A stretch of DNA of 63,988 bases, filler included, from Reticulomyxa filosa (taxonomy: Eukaryota; Protista; Foraminifera): assembly GCA_000512085.1 (NCBI GenBank). It is 14 parts of 14 records of this genome, joined end to end, with 100 filler letters (N's around TTAATTAATTAA, not from the genome) between each part and the next. Parts side by side here need not be neighbours in the genome. Positions count along the whole stretch, not along the records: positions 9,486 to 21,453 come from ASPP01018207.1; positions 21,554 to 27,579 come from ASPP01005243.1; 12 more parts are not named here. The stretch is one strand, 5' to 3'. The notes beneath the pieces were generated by a model. The model saw only the letters and a list, made by a program, of their open reading frames with translations. It was not told the origin of the DNA and searched no databases. The translations under genes were made by a program, and so were the position numbers. Shown here one piece after another: positions 10,315 to 24,500 of this stretch. Numbering within the stretch: position 1 is the first letter of the stretch; the number at the start of each line of letters is the position of its first letter.

Positions 10315-12853
10315 TAGTTCGACAGGTCGCAATAGCAAATCGTCCCATTGTTTCCAATCGATCATCAACATCGCTTTGGCTATTGTGTCTTCTAACATTC
10401 TCCACAAATATTGTTTTAAATCGGTCGAGGTTTTGAAAGACTTGAACAATTGATACAACTCAAAGGATATGGTTCTATTGATGACCGAGTACCAAATATT
10501 TCCAGCACGCAGATGATCGAAAAGGGACATTGAGGTTGCGATGTGATGTCCGACTTCGCGGTGCATGCAATGCACGTTTTGAAACAAAAACAGTGCTTGA
10601 CACCATTTCTCGAGCAGCTTTGGCTGACGCTCATACAAAGAGGGCGTCTGTATTTATTTATGACCACTTCCAAACAAAGGAATGCAACACAAAATAAACA
10701 AAATAACGCAATTGTTATTGTCGAACCAATGCAGTGGCACTGAAGAATGTCCAAAAAGGCATAGTCCATAATCTTACCACGCTATGAGCTCTGTTGATGA
10801 GATTCACATCAGCGATGACTTTGCAAGTGTTGTTGGCACCCGAGAAGACGTCGAATGGATTTTGATTGCTGGGCTTCTGTTTCAAGTAACGGACGGAGGT
10901 GTTGCACAAGTGATGCATATAAGCGTTCGTGGCAATGTCAATCAAATTGTGCGTTCGAGACAAGTGGTGTGAAGTAGCTGAAGTCAACACTATGGACGTG
11001 GAATAGCGAAGTATATTAAACTCTTGTTCAATGAGCACGGCATGTGCGGCAATCTTTTGATACACGAACGTGAGCACCTGTCCAGTTCGTTTTCTCATTG
11101 TTGAATTACACAGCAATCTATACCACATCTCGGAGATTCCCATTCGATATCTCCTGTATCATCAATACAATGATCATTACGCAAATGCAGCGTCACATAC
11201 ACATATATAAATATATATACATATATATATTTATGGATATGCGCGTGTTAACTCTGCCATCGCAAGATCATTGAGCAAGAAATACCAAATGGGTGTTTTG
11301 GTCTCATGAATAAATTCTTTGGTTTTGTAGCGATTGTGGTAATCGGTGTCAATCCGCTCGCCTAAGCAATCGTGTGTAGGCTCTTCGGTCCAATGTTTTC
11401 CGTCATCGACCCATCCTGGGATGTCCACATTCAACGACAAGCTGTCGTAAAAAGGGTCGTTGCAATCGCCCAATTTGTCGACGTCATACATCATACACTG
11501 AGAAAACATTCGTTGAAGCACTTCGCTCGACATCCAAGAAGCAATGCAGTTTAGCATTCGTGCCACAAATTCGTTTGGTAACACACGAACATAACCATTC
11601 ACGTTTATGTCCGTTATGCTCGTGTTCATTCCATTACTTTCCCATATCTTTATATATGTACAAATACATGTATATATATTTTTTTTCTCCATACTCTGTT
11701 TTTGTGATGAAGATATATATATATGAACTGATTGCACACTCTGAACAACAACATCAGACGCTACGGCCAAGCAACACTTTCCAAGCATTTGTATCCTCCA
11801 TGCTATTTCTAAACTGTCTTTGCTCGTGCAATTCAACGACATGTTGGCAATAGTCCTCACTAAGTTTGAGTGTTGTGGCCAGGAGAAAGGGGAATCATGT
11901 TTTGAACAAACAAACAAAAAAAGACAACAAAAAACTTTGTGCAATGCTATGATTGTCGTCATCATAAACCATTAATTGCTTCTGTGGATTAAAGAGTTGC
12001 GAGGGAAATTGTGCATATGTCTGTGTCTCGTGGAGATGTAATTTAAGTTTAACAAATGTAGTATGAAATGCTGAAGTGTTGCACATATTCTCCGGCAAGT
12101 AGATCACATCGTGATGATCACTGCTAAAGGCATGGCTCAGCAGATAAATCATATATCCACACACGAGTCGACAAGTCTTTTGCGCATCTACATCCAATTC
12201 TATTTCAAAAACCCCACTTCTATTTCATGCACTTTGTCTATTCGTCGATGTCATATTTTGTATCCATATACACAACATATACATATACATGTCCAATATG
12301 TCAATTACTCAACGAATTTTGTTCGTTAATGCATTCGACCCTGGGTGATGCTTACAAAAACCACGCGGTAACATAAGTTCTGGATCTCCACATCCACAAA
12401 TATTATTATCTGCGAAAAAGAACACTACATCATGTCCTTCGTGATCTGCATTTTCATAGCAATCTGTACATTGAATACTAATCTCGTTAAGTTCACATGT
12501 TTTGCACCGAAATACGGCTACATTTCGATTGTCTCGTTTTCCACATACTCCTCTTTGTGGCGAGTTTTTCGTAAATGTTTCCTCAAATCCACGTCCTCCA
12601 CTTGCCAATTCTCCTAACCATGCAAAATAGTTCGAATATTGATTTGAGTCTTGGTGAGACCACAGTAAGAACTCCAATAATTTCCAAACTTGTTCTATTG
12701 ATTTCCATCGACATCTTCTTAATTGTTTATCTGTCGATTACAACACCGACTCTGTTTTTTGATCATACAGACGGTACCTCTTGAAGGAGAGGAAGCAAAG
12801 AATTGCTTCGCTCCTTCGATCGGATTTTTCAAAAAAAGATTCATTTCAGACAT
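9486..12853 (-). CDS. UBR-box (N-recognin type) E3 ubiquitin ligase, multi-exon, 3' end cut by contig edge
   Basis: CGK...FRCKTC...QCTDCY..ADHEGH...CGCGDPE....FCKHH zinc finger in 12309-12677. A chain of minus-strand exonic ORFs follows. ATG 12853 splices in frame via gtaccg...gacag. Confidence 0.8.
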
Positions 12854-13239
12854 TGAACTAGATATTTCCTCTCTTTATACTTTTTAAAAACGGAAAGAAC
12901 TAGAATTCTTTCGTATCCTGCACAAGTTCAGCCAGTACACCTAACTTCGGTTGCAAAAAACTTGTTTTTCTTCTTTTCTAGGATTAAAAAGAATTATAAT
13001 TCTAAAATGTCCCTAATATACATAAACCCATAAATAGAGAGAGATTCTTTTTTTGGGATGTGGATTTCTATTTAATATTTTCCTAAAACTAAAAAATAAG
13101 TATGATATGGTGAATCTTGCCAAAAAGGTAGCAAAGGAAACATAAAAATCTACAAAAGAATGAGGTTTTGTATTGAATGAATATTCATTTGTGTACCAAC
13201 AAAACAAATGGGACGTTTCTTCAAGAATTGAGTTCAAAA

Positions 13240-13659
13240 TCAAGACAAAACATCACTAGTGCGTTGTACTAATGTGTCAAGTTGCTCAATAAACTTGTGT
13301 GATTTAATTGGTTGTTCCATTTTATGAAATGGATCCTTCATCACAAAGTCACAATATAATCCGTAAACATCTTTCAACAATCTTTCCAAATTTTCAGTGG
13401 TTGGTGTCGCTGTCACAATAAATTTCAACCCCGTCAGAGTTTGATAACAATGCAATCGAAACGTTTCGTCTTCTACACTACTGATACCGTCATTTTTTGT
13501 TGGCAGTGGCGACAGTTGTTTTATCACTTCAGACATGCCATGAAAAATACCAGTGACACGAATCCAATCATTTGGTTTCAGTCTGGGATGCTTCACAAAA
13601 TCTTTGCAAAATACCAACAGGCCACTTCTACTTAGTATCAGCAATGAATGAATTGTCAT
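13240..13659 (-). CDS. TRAPPC4: TRAPP complex subunit Trs23/sybindin
   Basis: Longin/sybindin motifs: ILSRSG.L, FHGM....QLSP, FRLHCYQTLTGLKF, YGLYCDFVMKDPF..MEQPI. Confidence 0.92.
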   Translation of the reverse strand: MTIHSLLILSRSGLLVFCKDFVKHPRLKPNDWIRVTGIFHGMSEVIKQLSPLPTKNDGISSVEDETFRLHCYQTLTGLKFIVTATPTTENLERLLKDVYGLYCDFVMKDPFHKMEQPIKSHKFIEQLDTLVQRTSDVLS

Positions 13660-14126
13660 TTTTTAACAACAAAATACCTTTTTTTGTTTAAGTGCGTCTA
13701 CCTTTGTTTACAACTTCTTCGCATATTCATAAAAAAATTTGCGCCCGTGAAATGGCTGTAATGCAAATACTCAACGAATAAATTTCTTGTGAAGCAAGAA
13801 ACGTATCTTTTTTGCATTGTAGAAGTCTATTTATTTCATATACCGGGTAAAAGAAGATGATACAGTTAATAGTATTATGTTCAAAAGATTTGTGATAATG
13901 CAATTGAAAATGATCACTACTATTATGTAAATATCATGCACTAGATGAAAAAAAATGCGAGTTATGACAGAGTCTTGAGGAGTAATGAAGAACCAGAGAA
14001 GAATAGCGCTTTTTTTGCACTTAATAGTGTATAATGCAGACACTATTAGCTACATTTTAATAAGGAAACATTTATCCGATGATTAGCAAATAAAAAAACA
14101 AAATATTCAAGTACATTATCAGAAGT

Positions 14127-17100
14127 CTAAAGTATCCTATTTATTTCTTCAACAACAGAAATTAAGGAATTCACGTCAATGTCAACCTCTTGAGCAATTT
14201 GTTGTTGCATTTCAGGTGCAAACTCAAGAAATTTTTGTACGATATCTCCGTCAATAAATCCTACGGAAGGGAAGCGCTTTCCTTCCACTTTAAATTTTCT
14301 CCAATAGTTATGTCTACAACGACAGCAACAAACAAAAAAATAAGGAAGAAAAAATATTAACAGTAGTCCTCTTTTTTGGGTATATGTACATATATACGTA
14401 TATACGAACGTACATAAATACAACACTCAACTTAAACCCTCCAACACCATCAATGTGGGCATTCAACACTTTTTCAAGCCTTGCAAGCAATTTGAATCTG
14501 GCTTGAGGAATTGACAACAGTAGTCCGATGCTTCCATCAATAGTTCCAAACAAGTATCGTTTTAACTGGGAATTTTGCAAGGGAGACAAGTCCCAAATCC
14601 CGTTATAATCTTTGGCAAAGGTAGTTTCATCGCCAACTTTAGTATCCCTTTCTTGATCTTTTTTATCATGTTCCGGGTGTGGTTGAGTGGACTGGTACTT
14701 GTCTAAAAGTGCATCCGAAGAAGAGCTTGCATCTTCAGAAGTGTGTTGAATCGCCAAAAAGCCTTTGATCAGTACATTGGCTTGAGAACCGAGATGACAT
14801 CGAGAAAGGACTTGCAAAGTACTTCGTTCGTCGTTGTTGGCGGTATCGATATTGCGCATTAGCACCAGCAAATTGTCATACTTGTCTACCGCAACGACGA
14901 ATTGATCGTCATATGGAACGACTTTTCTCAGCCACGACAGATCACGATGCCGTGCGATCTCTTGCACGGTGTTGTCGCTAGGCGAGAATACATACATTGC
15001 AATCGATTGAATCTGATCTACCACCATTATGAAGTCACCACAAGTCTTGATATCTACTACGCGAACATTGCCCGTCAATGTTTGCAAATGCTTCAACGTA
15101 AATGGGTAAGCATCAACTTCGGTTGATACATTTCGTGTCCATTCAAAAACATAGACATGGCTTTTGTTTAAAGTGTCCCCCCCCCCACGTATAAATATGT
15201 CATCGTCATCAATCATAAAAGTAATTAATTAAAAAAAACCTGCTGACTCCCAAAAGCAAGTAATTGTCTCGTAATGCTGCAATGGCGTCGGGTGATGCTT
15301 GGGAAAATACTTGCTGATGTACTCGTTGCAACATTAATTCTGTATTGGGAGTCACTGTTGACTTTGTATTGTCGTTGTCAGAATGGACGGACAGATCGCC
15401 ACGACTTGAGACATTGGAAACTATGTACAGTTCTAATTTGCCTTTTGAGACGTCGCATTGATGTGGAAGCGCTTTGGACAGAGAGATGATGAAATACGTG
15501 ACGTTAGGATCGCATTGAAACGTGTGAGTTATGATTCGATTTACAGACCAATGACTACGCAGTGTTTTGCTAAATAATGGCTCAAACGTCTGATCATGAA
15601 GCAAGTGCAACCGAGTTACTCGTGGATTCCAATGAGGGTGAAACAAATCTTTTTTCACTCCTATTTTTCTTTTTCTTGTTGTGTCGCAAAAGTAGCAACT
15701 AAATACAATCGCTCTTTCGCATTATAAGCTATCCGACGAGGTTGTTCGTCTTAAAGTTTATATTCCCATATGAAAAAATCAAAAAATATTATACCCTTAT
15801 ATACACAATTTATTCTTTTTCAAATAATTCAAAAATAACAAACTGTTTTTGCAAAACTCAAAGGGACTTTTTGAACGTGAATTTTTTGAAATTGATCCAT
15901 GGAACCGACCATAAGCTGTTGTTGGACTGCCATAGCTAAATTATTGGGATATTCTTCTGCGTTAAATGCACAAAGTAATTCATTTCCGTCAAGTTGATAT
16001 CACAAACATACATTCGCTGTTTGGATCGAGAGATAACCGACGGACGATCGCACCCAGCAAATACGTAGTAATTGCCAAGACTGACAAAAGAAGATAACCG
16101 GATGGGATGGCTACCCAACGACAAACGTTTTTCTTTGAGCAATTCCACACAAGGAGTCTTGGTGCTCGAAGAGTGGCTTATGTTCACATGCGCCTCCACC
16201 AAAGAGCCGTCTCCCATTCCGACGAACAAATAAAGCTATTTTACCGTGAACACATTATACATCTATGTATAGTTATATGAATGAATGGACATACCCATGA
16301 AGCAGACTTAGATTGTTGGACGAGACCGGGACAAGTGAAGTTTGTGATGAGGACGCTCCTGGGCACCATTTGAGTTTGCAAATGAAAGGTATAAAACTTG
16401 TGGAAATCGGGCAAAGTGAGCAATTGAATGACATGTTGCTTCCACAAGCCGATGCAAGCAAAAGTGGACTTGTCATTCGCTGTCGCGGTCGGTGACAAAC
16501 AAACGCAAGAAATTTCGTTTTCCAAAGTCACACTGTTTGTTAATATCAACTCGGACGACTTACTATCGATTTCTAACAGGGACAAATGTCCGCCCGACAA
16601 TGCACATAACACCTTTGGCATTGTATTTATTTAATTTGTTTATTTTATATTGACTTAGGAGATCGATCTCAACAGAGAAGAGAAAGAAAAAAAAAAAGCA
16701 AATGAACTTGGTCACGATTGGATACGGCAGAATTGATTTGCGTTTGTTTATAGTGTTGAGGACGCCATCGATGCTTCAAAGCGAAAGGAGAGTGAATACT
16801 GAGTAGGGCAACCTCATAGGGCGTAACTTGGATAAACAGATCGTGATTCATATTTTCCAAATGTACAGTTTTCTCGTCTTTATTTAGCCCTTGCATTTCA
16901 ATTTCTTCCAATCCTTCCTCCGTCACTGTCAAAACCCGCGTAGCGCTAATGAATGACTGTGCCAAATATAAATGGAATGAGGAAGAAGAATCGCGATATA
17001 AACTCCACAGCCCTTCGATCCCTGGCATTTCAATGGCCGCTGTTTCTTCGATGCCAATCCCATTTCTCACTACTCGCAATGACCCATCTTTGCCAATACC

Positions 17101-19146
17101 GCTGCAGCATACCAATTGACATTGGCCTTGTCGCTCCAAATCCACTGCACACATATCTGTTATCGGGCCTTTGTGTTGTTATTGTTGTTGTTTGCTGTAA
17201 GTCCCTTCATTGAAATTCAACTTTAATTTATTTTGAACTTGTTTTTTTTTTTAAAGTTAAAGTTATTTGATACCAATGTTTTCAAACTCTTGCAATATTT
17301 CAATGGACTCTCCTCCTTGTTCTTTTATTGTTTTGTCATCTTTGCATTTTTCGGGCAAATGTTCGGCATTGACATCCACCTCATCAGATAGGGTGCTGTT
17401 GTCATGGATCATAATCAGCTGATGATCCCCATTTACACTGCCTACAAAACACTTGTCATTACCCAAATAACTAATGCAAGAAGGCGACACCACATCACCC
17501 AACACTTTCCATTCCATTGATTTCACTTCATTTTGTGAATTCGCTTTCAGTGTCATCAAATTCAACTTTCGATTCATTGCGTCTCCTTTTTTTTATTCGT
17601 TTTGTTATTATTAATGCAATGTGGTAGTTATTATAGTATTTGGCATTCTTTCGCTGTCCCTCTTGTATACATACACAAAACTTAAAAATAAAAAAGACTT
17701 GACATACCAATTAAAAATCTGCAATTCGAGTCCGAAGCAGTATGTAATGGATTGACGATATCGTAGGCAGTGTAAATGCCATGTGGTAGTTGCAGCTGCG
17801 CTTGCACCTGAATCTGTTGATAAGCATCGTCGATAGTGCAATAGGTGATCGAATCTCCGCCGATGAGTATCACTCCTCCTTTTCCTGCTCCAACTCTGTT
17901 GTCCATTTCCCGACGCTGAGCGGCGGGGATACGAATCAGCGTGTGACATCCATCTTCGGCCATGAGCGTGTCCGATGAGCCATTACACAAGCGCAGCGTA
18001 TTCACATTCAAACGGTACGTTTTCAAGTGCCTCGACGCGTTATAGTCTTGATATAATATTCCAATTGTCAAGTGCCACTCCTCCTTCTCGTCTTTCTTCT
18101 CATTGTCCCCATCGATGCTACTGACGTTTTTCAACTCATTCGTTTTCTGTTCATTGATCGATGAATGAGATTGTGTTCTCTCCTTCTCGCTTTGATCTAT
18201 GTTTATTAAGTTATTCGCCTTTTTTTTTTGTTGTTGTTTGACCTCATACACATATACATATACACATATGTATGTAATATGTACCTATGGACTGTTGTGT
18301 CCTCATATCAACGGCAAAGATTGCCAAAGACAAGATATCCAATTCATAAACGATGACGTCTTGTTCAGTAGTCTGTGGTTTGACCAAATGGCCGTTCGAA
18401 TCCAGTTCAATCACTGAGATCAAACCTCGGTAATTATGACATAACACAAAACGATTGCTTTCGTCCATACATACAAGTGATCCATCAGAACTCATCATTC
18501 TGCCCTTTCGCTACACTCAATGTCATTGTTTTTGGTTTATTTTTTATTTTTTATTTTTTATTTTTTATTTTTCCTTCTCAAATCAATCTCGCCAAATTAA
18601 ATAATTTTTGTCAAGTTCTTGAAATACACCACAAAACTTCGAAATTTCCAGAATCTTTTGTCACAAAGTGCTTTATAGATGAATCGAAGACTACAATCGC
18701 AAATTGAAGTGACTCTGTCAACAAAAAGAGATGATCTTGCTCTTTGTTTTGTGGGCGAAAAACCAATGCTTCGGTTATTCTTTTTTTTGTTTTGTTTTGT
18801 TTTGTGTGTGTGCAGATTGGAGGTCTTGGACACATTTAAATAATTGTTCCCCATACTCCTACCCTCTCGAAGGAATACCTTCCATATACCGGAAGCTCAT
18901 ACTCGCGAACCAAAGCTTCTTCATTTAAAGCGTATATTTCAATGATATTCGTTTTTCTGTCATAGCATTTGTTGATGCCTTTCCACATTTTTAATATTTA
19001 CAGAAATAAAACATAATAAATATTGAAGGCCCTTCTCCAACTGACATTAAGAGGGTATGAGTTTCATGTCCATTTATAAAGTTTCCATTAAAAGCATGAG
19101 TTACAATTGTTGGTCGTTGTGCTGTAACAATGTAATTATAGGCCAT
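14127..19146 (-). CDS. DDB1: DNA damage-binding protein 1 (CUL4 adaptor), multi-exon
   Basis: Start [13 protein letters not shown]; internal [49 protein letters not shown] and [11 protein letters not shown]; end [12 protein letters not shown]...VVEEINRIL*. Confidence 0.95.
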
Positions 19147-19389
19147 GTTTCGGATGGAATTTTTTCTAAAGTACCTCCCTTTCCGTCTAAAGACTAGTGC
19201 CTTTCACAAAAAAATAAGTTGGAAAAAAAGTTAGTCATATTGTTTTATTCGAGAGCCAGAGTAAAAAATGATAATCCAATAGATAAATCTGATTGTTTAT
19301 AGTATATATTCAACACATCAAAAAAATTTGTCTGCAAAACTATTATGTGTCCTGATCAATAATATGTGAATGGCTTAATAAATCTATAT

Positions 19390-19620
19390 ACAGCTAAAAT
19401 TTTTCTGGTATTGTCATGAAAAGATATTTAAATATGTGAATAATGTCAAGCATTTTCCAGACGGACAAATTATTTAAAAGACAGATCGTTCATAGGATGT
19501 GAACATAGGATACAATGTAAAAATGGAAAAAATTCAAATTGGGTAACATTGTGAATATTTCATCTGCTGCCAATACAATCGTAGCAGGATTTTATAACAA
19601 AACAATAAATTTAGCATGAT
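19390..19620 (+). pseudogene. Highly decayed WD40 family-A remnant
   Basis: Fragments YVNNVKHFPDGQ and ISSAANTIVAGFYNKTI match the last blades of family A. Confidence 0.55.
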
Positions 19621-19769
19621 AAGATTAAACAAAAAAAGTGTCACAATTGCAAATAATTGAAAATAAATTGAACAACTTAATCAAATTCTCTGGAAATGTG
19701 AAGATTGTTTATACAAATTTGAGGTTTATCTTTTTTAACTTTTTTATAAGGTTAATTTATTAATTTGTG

Positions 19770-20490
19770 TTATTTGTTACAAAACAGATAATTTGAAAAC
19801 TGAATTAGTAAAAAAAGATCAATAAATGATTGAAATACACAGATTTTAGAAGAAGAAAAAACAAATAAAAAAAAGAAACAGAGAAAGATATTACCAATTT
19901 TAAATTTAATAAAAATTGTCAAACATGATTTCATTTTTTTTTCTTCCAAGTTTACAAAATTGGGTGATTTTTTATTAATAAATGAAATGATCAAGCCATA
20001 AAATTAAAAAATAATAATTATAAATTTGGAAAAAATATTACTTTAACAGTGAATTGTGATAGGATCTTTGGATGTGAAGAATTTGGAACAAAAGGAGAAG
20101 AATTATAATAATAAAATTCCAGAAAAAGTGGAAAAATATAGGGGGAAAAAACTTTATTAAAAAAAATTCATTTTGGAAGTGGTGGAATAATTGAACTAAT
20201 AGTTGAATAACAGTTAGTTAATAATGGTTCAGTTGAATCCAATGGAGGAAATGGTTATGAATATAATGATAAAAGTAACGGTGATGGAAGTATTGATAGA
20301 ATTTCAAAGTCAAGATCAATTTTCATCTCAATTGAATACTAATATATCCAAACAAATTTTTGGAATTATTACATGTATTGGAGGAAATAAATATCAAAAA
20401 ACAAAGGTAGAAAAGACAGAATTGCAATTTATAGTACTGAGTTATCATCAGATACTTCTTCTGAGCTTACATCTCATAAAGCAGTTAATA
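19770..20490 (+). pseudogene. Decayed coiled-coil plus glycine-rich domain gene
   Basis: Broken frames give GCEEFGTKG, KIHFGSGGIIELIVE*QLVNNGSVESNGGNG, FGIITCIGGN and RIAIY; stops and deletions throughout. Confidence 0.5.
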
Positions 20491-20519
20491 TGATGTAAAC
20501 AATGAACGAATATTCAAAA

Positions 20520-21075
20520 CAAGTTGTAATATTATTTTTATTCAGATGATAAAATGATACGAATATGGGAGACAAATTCAAGAAAGCTTGTTCAAACATT
20601 AATTGGTCATTTAGAAGGAGTATTAAGTGGAAAATATTCACCAGATGATAAAATGATTGTATCATTATCTCGTGATAAAAAAATTATATTATGGAATGCA
20701 AAATCAGGTGATATATTAAAACTATTAATAGGACATTCTAATTATGTCATGCGTGCAGCATTTTCTCCAAATAGTCAATTTATTGTATCATGTTCATATG
20801 ATGGAACAATTCGGATATGGGATGTAGTATCAGGAAAACAATTGAAAATATTTTCAGAACAGTCATATTTTGTAAATGATGTAAAATATTTTTCAAATGG
20901 TCAAATGATTGTATGTTCAGATAATAAGACAATTCGTTTATTGGATGTGAAAGAAGGATATGAAATACAAAAATTAGAATGAAATATTTTTCATACATAT
21001 TGTATGGATGTTTCACCTGATGGAAATACAATCGCAGTAGGTTTTTATGATCCAACTATATGAATCTGGAGATGA
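20520..21075 (+). pseudogene. Truncated WD40 family-A pseudogene
   Basis: ORF 20554-20982 has about three and a half WD repeats. TGA replaces the Gly of LEG(H), and the last blade has a further stop. Confidence 0.8.
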
Positions 21076-21553
21076 TGAAGATTCACAATAAAAAACTTAT
21101 TCAATTTAAAAAAAAAAAAAGACAATTTTTTTTAACGTAAAATCCAACAACAGATATTTTAATAATTTTTTAAAATATTGTTTATCATTAATTCGTATCA
21201 ACAAAATAAAATATAATCAAACAATGTTTACATTTTGCAACATTTGAATTTATTTATTCTTTCAAAGTGTCGCAATTGTCAAAAATAAAATGCAAACATA
21301 AAAACAGATCAGATATTAATAAGTGGCAAATTTTCATGTAAATGCCTTAATTTATTTATTGATATTTTCCAACACTACATTATGTACTTCCTTTGTTCGG
21401 TACTTCTTGGAAAAAACTTGACGTCGTTCTAACCTTTTTGTAAAAAAAAAAAANNNNNNNNNNNNNNNNNNNNNNNNNNNNNNNNNNNNNNNNNNNNTTA
21501 ATTAATTAANNNNNNNNNNNNNNNNNNNNNNNNNNNNNNNNNNNNNNNNNNNN

Positions 21554-24500
21554 AAGCACCAACAAGAAAGATATTGGCGATGCAATCAAGAGATGGGTTT
21601 TTTTCAAATAGATCTTGGTGGATGCATTGTAAGATGTTGAAATGGATATTGCGACTGTTCCTGATTCAAGTATTAGTTCAAATTTATTTTTGCAGTTCAT
21701 TTCAATTCAAAAAATTTTTAAAAAACAAATTGAAAACAAAAGAAAAAGTTGTTATTAATATGCATTGTTTTGTGATATACAGACTTGGCGAATTGAACCG
21801 AACTTATTCGCATTTTTGGATAGCGAAACTTATACAGTCGACGCATGTCCAGAGGAAAGCCTTTACATGGGGCGCGATGTTGCAAAGAAATATGGATCGG
21901 GTTTAGAGAACCCACATATCTTTGACAACAACTGTTTGTTGTGTCATCCACAAATTGAACAGCGCTTCGGCATGCCAACCAAGTCGCTATCATACGCAAG
22001 CACATGCCTGGCCTCCTCGCCCCAAATTTTTCTCATATTCCCCATTCTGCTGTGAAGTCGACTGTGGCCAAGATTTGTACGTTCATGCCATGAGAGCTAT
22101 CAAAGATTTTTGGGTTTAGGTTTTTGGCTTGCAATTATTACTTCCATTGGGCTAACTCAATCAGTCCAGCGTGCGAGCTTTATTGCAACGTGGAATTATC
22201 GGAGATTTTTCCTGGCTCCACTGCGGCAGTCCTTATATGCTTATACAAATTACTCCTGCACAAGTTGGTTCGACCACGTCCCGGCAATCGTACCAGCCAC
22301 TCGCCCTTTGTATCCCAGACAAGAGTCCAAGCCTTGATGCCAATGCAAGACCAAACGGTAACTCTATCCGTATTATCAGTAACGCATCATACAATGTCTA
22401 TCTACGTCTTTGTACTGTAGTTGTGAAGACAATGTGTATCGCGAGTTATCAATGTATCATGGCGATTACGGTTGTTGCAAAGTCGTTTTGGAGTGTGCCA
22501 GTTCATCGTGTTTTTTCGATTGTACAGGTTATATTGCCCGCGGATGAATTGTGTCTACAGTAAAGAACAAGAGCGTGTTTGTCGTATAAATGGCTTTAAA
22601 TACTGGATACGAAAGTACGACGACAAAGATCCCCGACTACAAAGTACATGGGATATTCTTCAAACTGACACAACAAGCAACAAAGATGGAGCCATTGCGA
22701 ATTGAAGTGTGCAAACTCACGGTACGTAGTTGTGCAAAAATAATTATATTGCGCATATCCGTTAACATTTGTAGAGTGATGCAGAGCTATTGCAGATGAC
22801 TTGTGCTGACAGATGGTGACAAGCTCTCGAGAGTGAAGGAGGAGGAAGATCTTATTATCATTGCATGGACGTGAAGTCTTTTGTGCAACAAGAGCCAGTT
22901 TGTCCTTCTATGATATATTACGTTTTGCAGTATCAAATGTGAGTTACTTTTCGTTGATATTTGCATCGTGAGTATAACGGAGGACGTGACAACACAAGAT
23001 TGATATGTGGAAATGTTATAATATGATCGTTCAAATTATCCATCGGATGGAGGATGCGAATATCTTGGACCAATTATTTAATTGCGAACACGGGACGATG
23101 CAATGACGGGATACCAATACAGTCAAGCGAAGTCTTGTGACGAGTGGGCTTAAACATCATATTGAACAAAGTTTTGGATTCGCTGTCATTCTTTCGCGTG
23201 TCAAATCATACGTAGTCGAAAGATTTTGATCGTGACAATCTCTTATGTCAATTTCGGAGTCACGTTATATGATTCATCTTCTTGTTAATCATGGATATCT
23301 ATTCGATTCGGTGGTATTGAAGATGTTCCAAATGGATTGTTCGAAAGAAGTACGCAATGCACGGAATGTAATGCTTGCAATGCAGTCTACAATATCACTG
23401 TTTTCGCCATATGCGTTTAATTCAACTTGGATGTTCCATTGCCACTCCACTTTTTTTTTTTGTCGACGCCAGCGCTAATGCAAATTGCAGTTCTGTTTGT
23501 GTATAAAAGTGTCGAGGGTATATGGGTGTTAGTTGATCATACTTCAGGACTCACTCTCAATTTGACTAATTAATACAAAAGTATACAAAAGATTTGGCTC
23601 TGTCTATTCGAACGTCAATCCATCCGTGCCGATCAAGCAAGCATGTCAAAATTTACAAGCAAAGCCCGATCACGTATTACGAAAAAGTCACGCTCAATCA
23701 AAAGGATACATCCATTGATTTTTGCAACTCGGAGTCTCAATTGTCGCATCTTTTGGACATATTTACACATTCGAACATTGCCTCCAAGGTGTCGTACCAA
23801 GATACGAGTTTGGGAAGCAGTCAATTCCATTTCAAACGAATAATCCTCTGGGCAGCGACGCAAAGTCGAATTCCATATGTCCAATATCGCTATTGAATGG
23901 AGATGCCTAAGTGCAATCTTTACCTGTATGCAGCTAGGATGTGACAACGACAATGTTGTCAATGGCTCGCTTTTGTTTCATGTGACACCATGCAAAATGC
24001 GCACAACGATCCATTCGAGCCAGTGGTGGGCTGTGTACTATGACAGCACAATTCACAAAATCGTATATGGACTGGATTGTCTACTGACGCAATGGAGGTG
24101 GTCGCCATTATCATTCACATGTACGGAAAAGCAATTGACGTACCATTGTTTGGACCTTTTCCTGAGGCTTTCATCTCGCTCAATGTTTCAGTCGGACAAA
24201 ATCTTTTGGATGGCTATCTTCTGTCTTGTTATTCAAATATGCAGCCACAGAGATTGTAAATAAGTGCATTCAAAGCATCATGTCAGCATATATATATATG
24301 ACAAGTATTCCATGAAGACCACGTCTTGATTGTTGTGCGAACATTGAAAGCCTTATTCTCGATAACAGATGGTACTGAGTGCTGTTCGCAGACACTTGAG
24401 TACCTCCGATAATAACGCTGATCGAATTTCTTGCTCTCCAAATTCGTGCTGCCACATCGAGAATACCATGATCGCACCAATGGCCATAAATGTGACCATG

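Noticed and set aside
8466-19146. Functional cluster of E3 and WD40 genes across the window
   Set aside because: Most are on different contigs. Only UBR, TRAPPC4 and DDB1 are truly adjacent, and nothing indicates co-regulation.
22100-22170. Stop-codon reassignment suggested by in-frame TAA/TAG
   Set aside because: Intact genes end at TAA, TAG and TGA normally, and this region also has many frameshifts, so it is simple decay.
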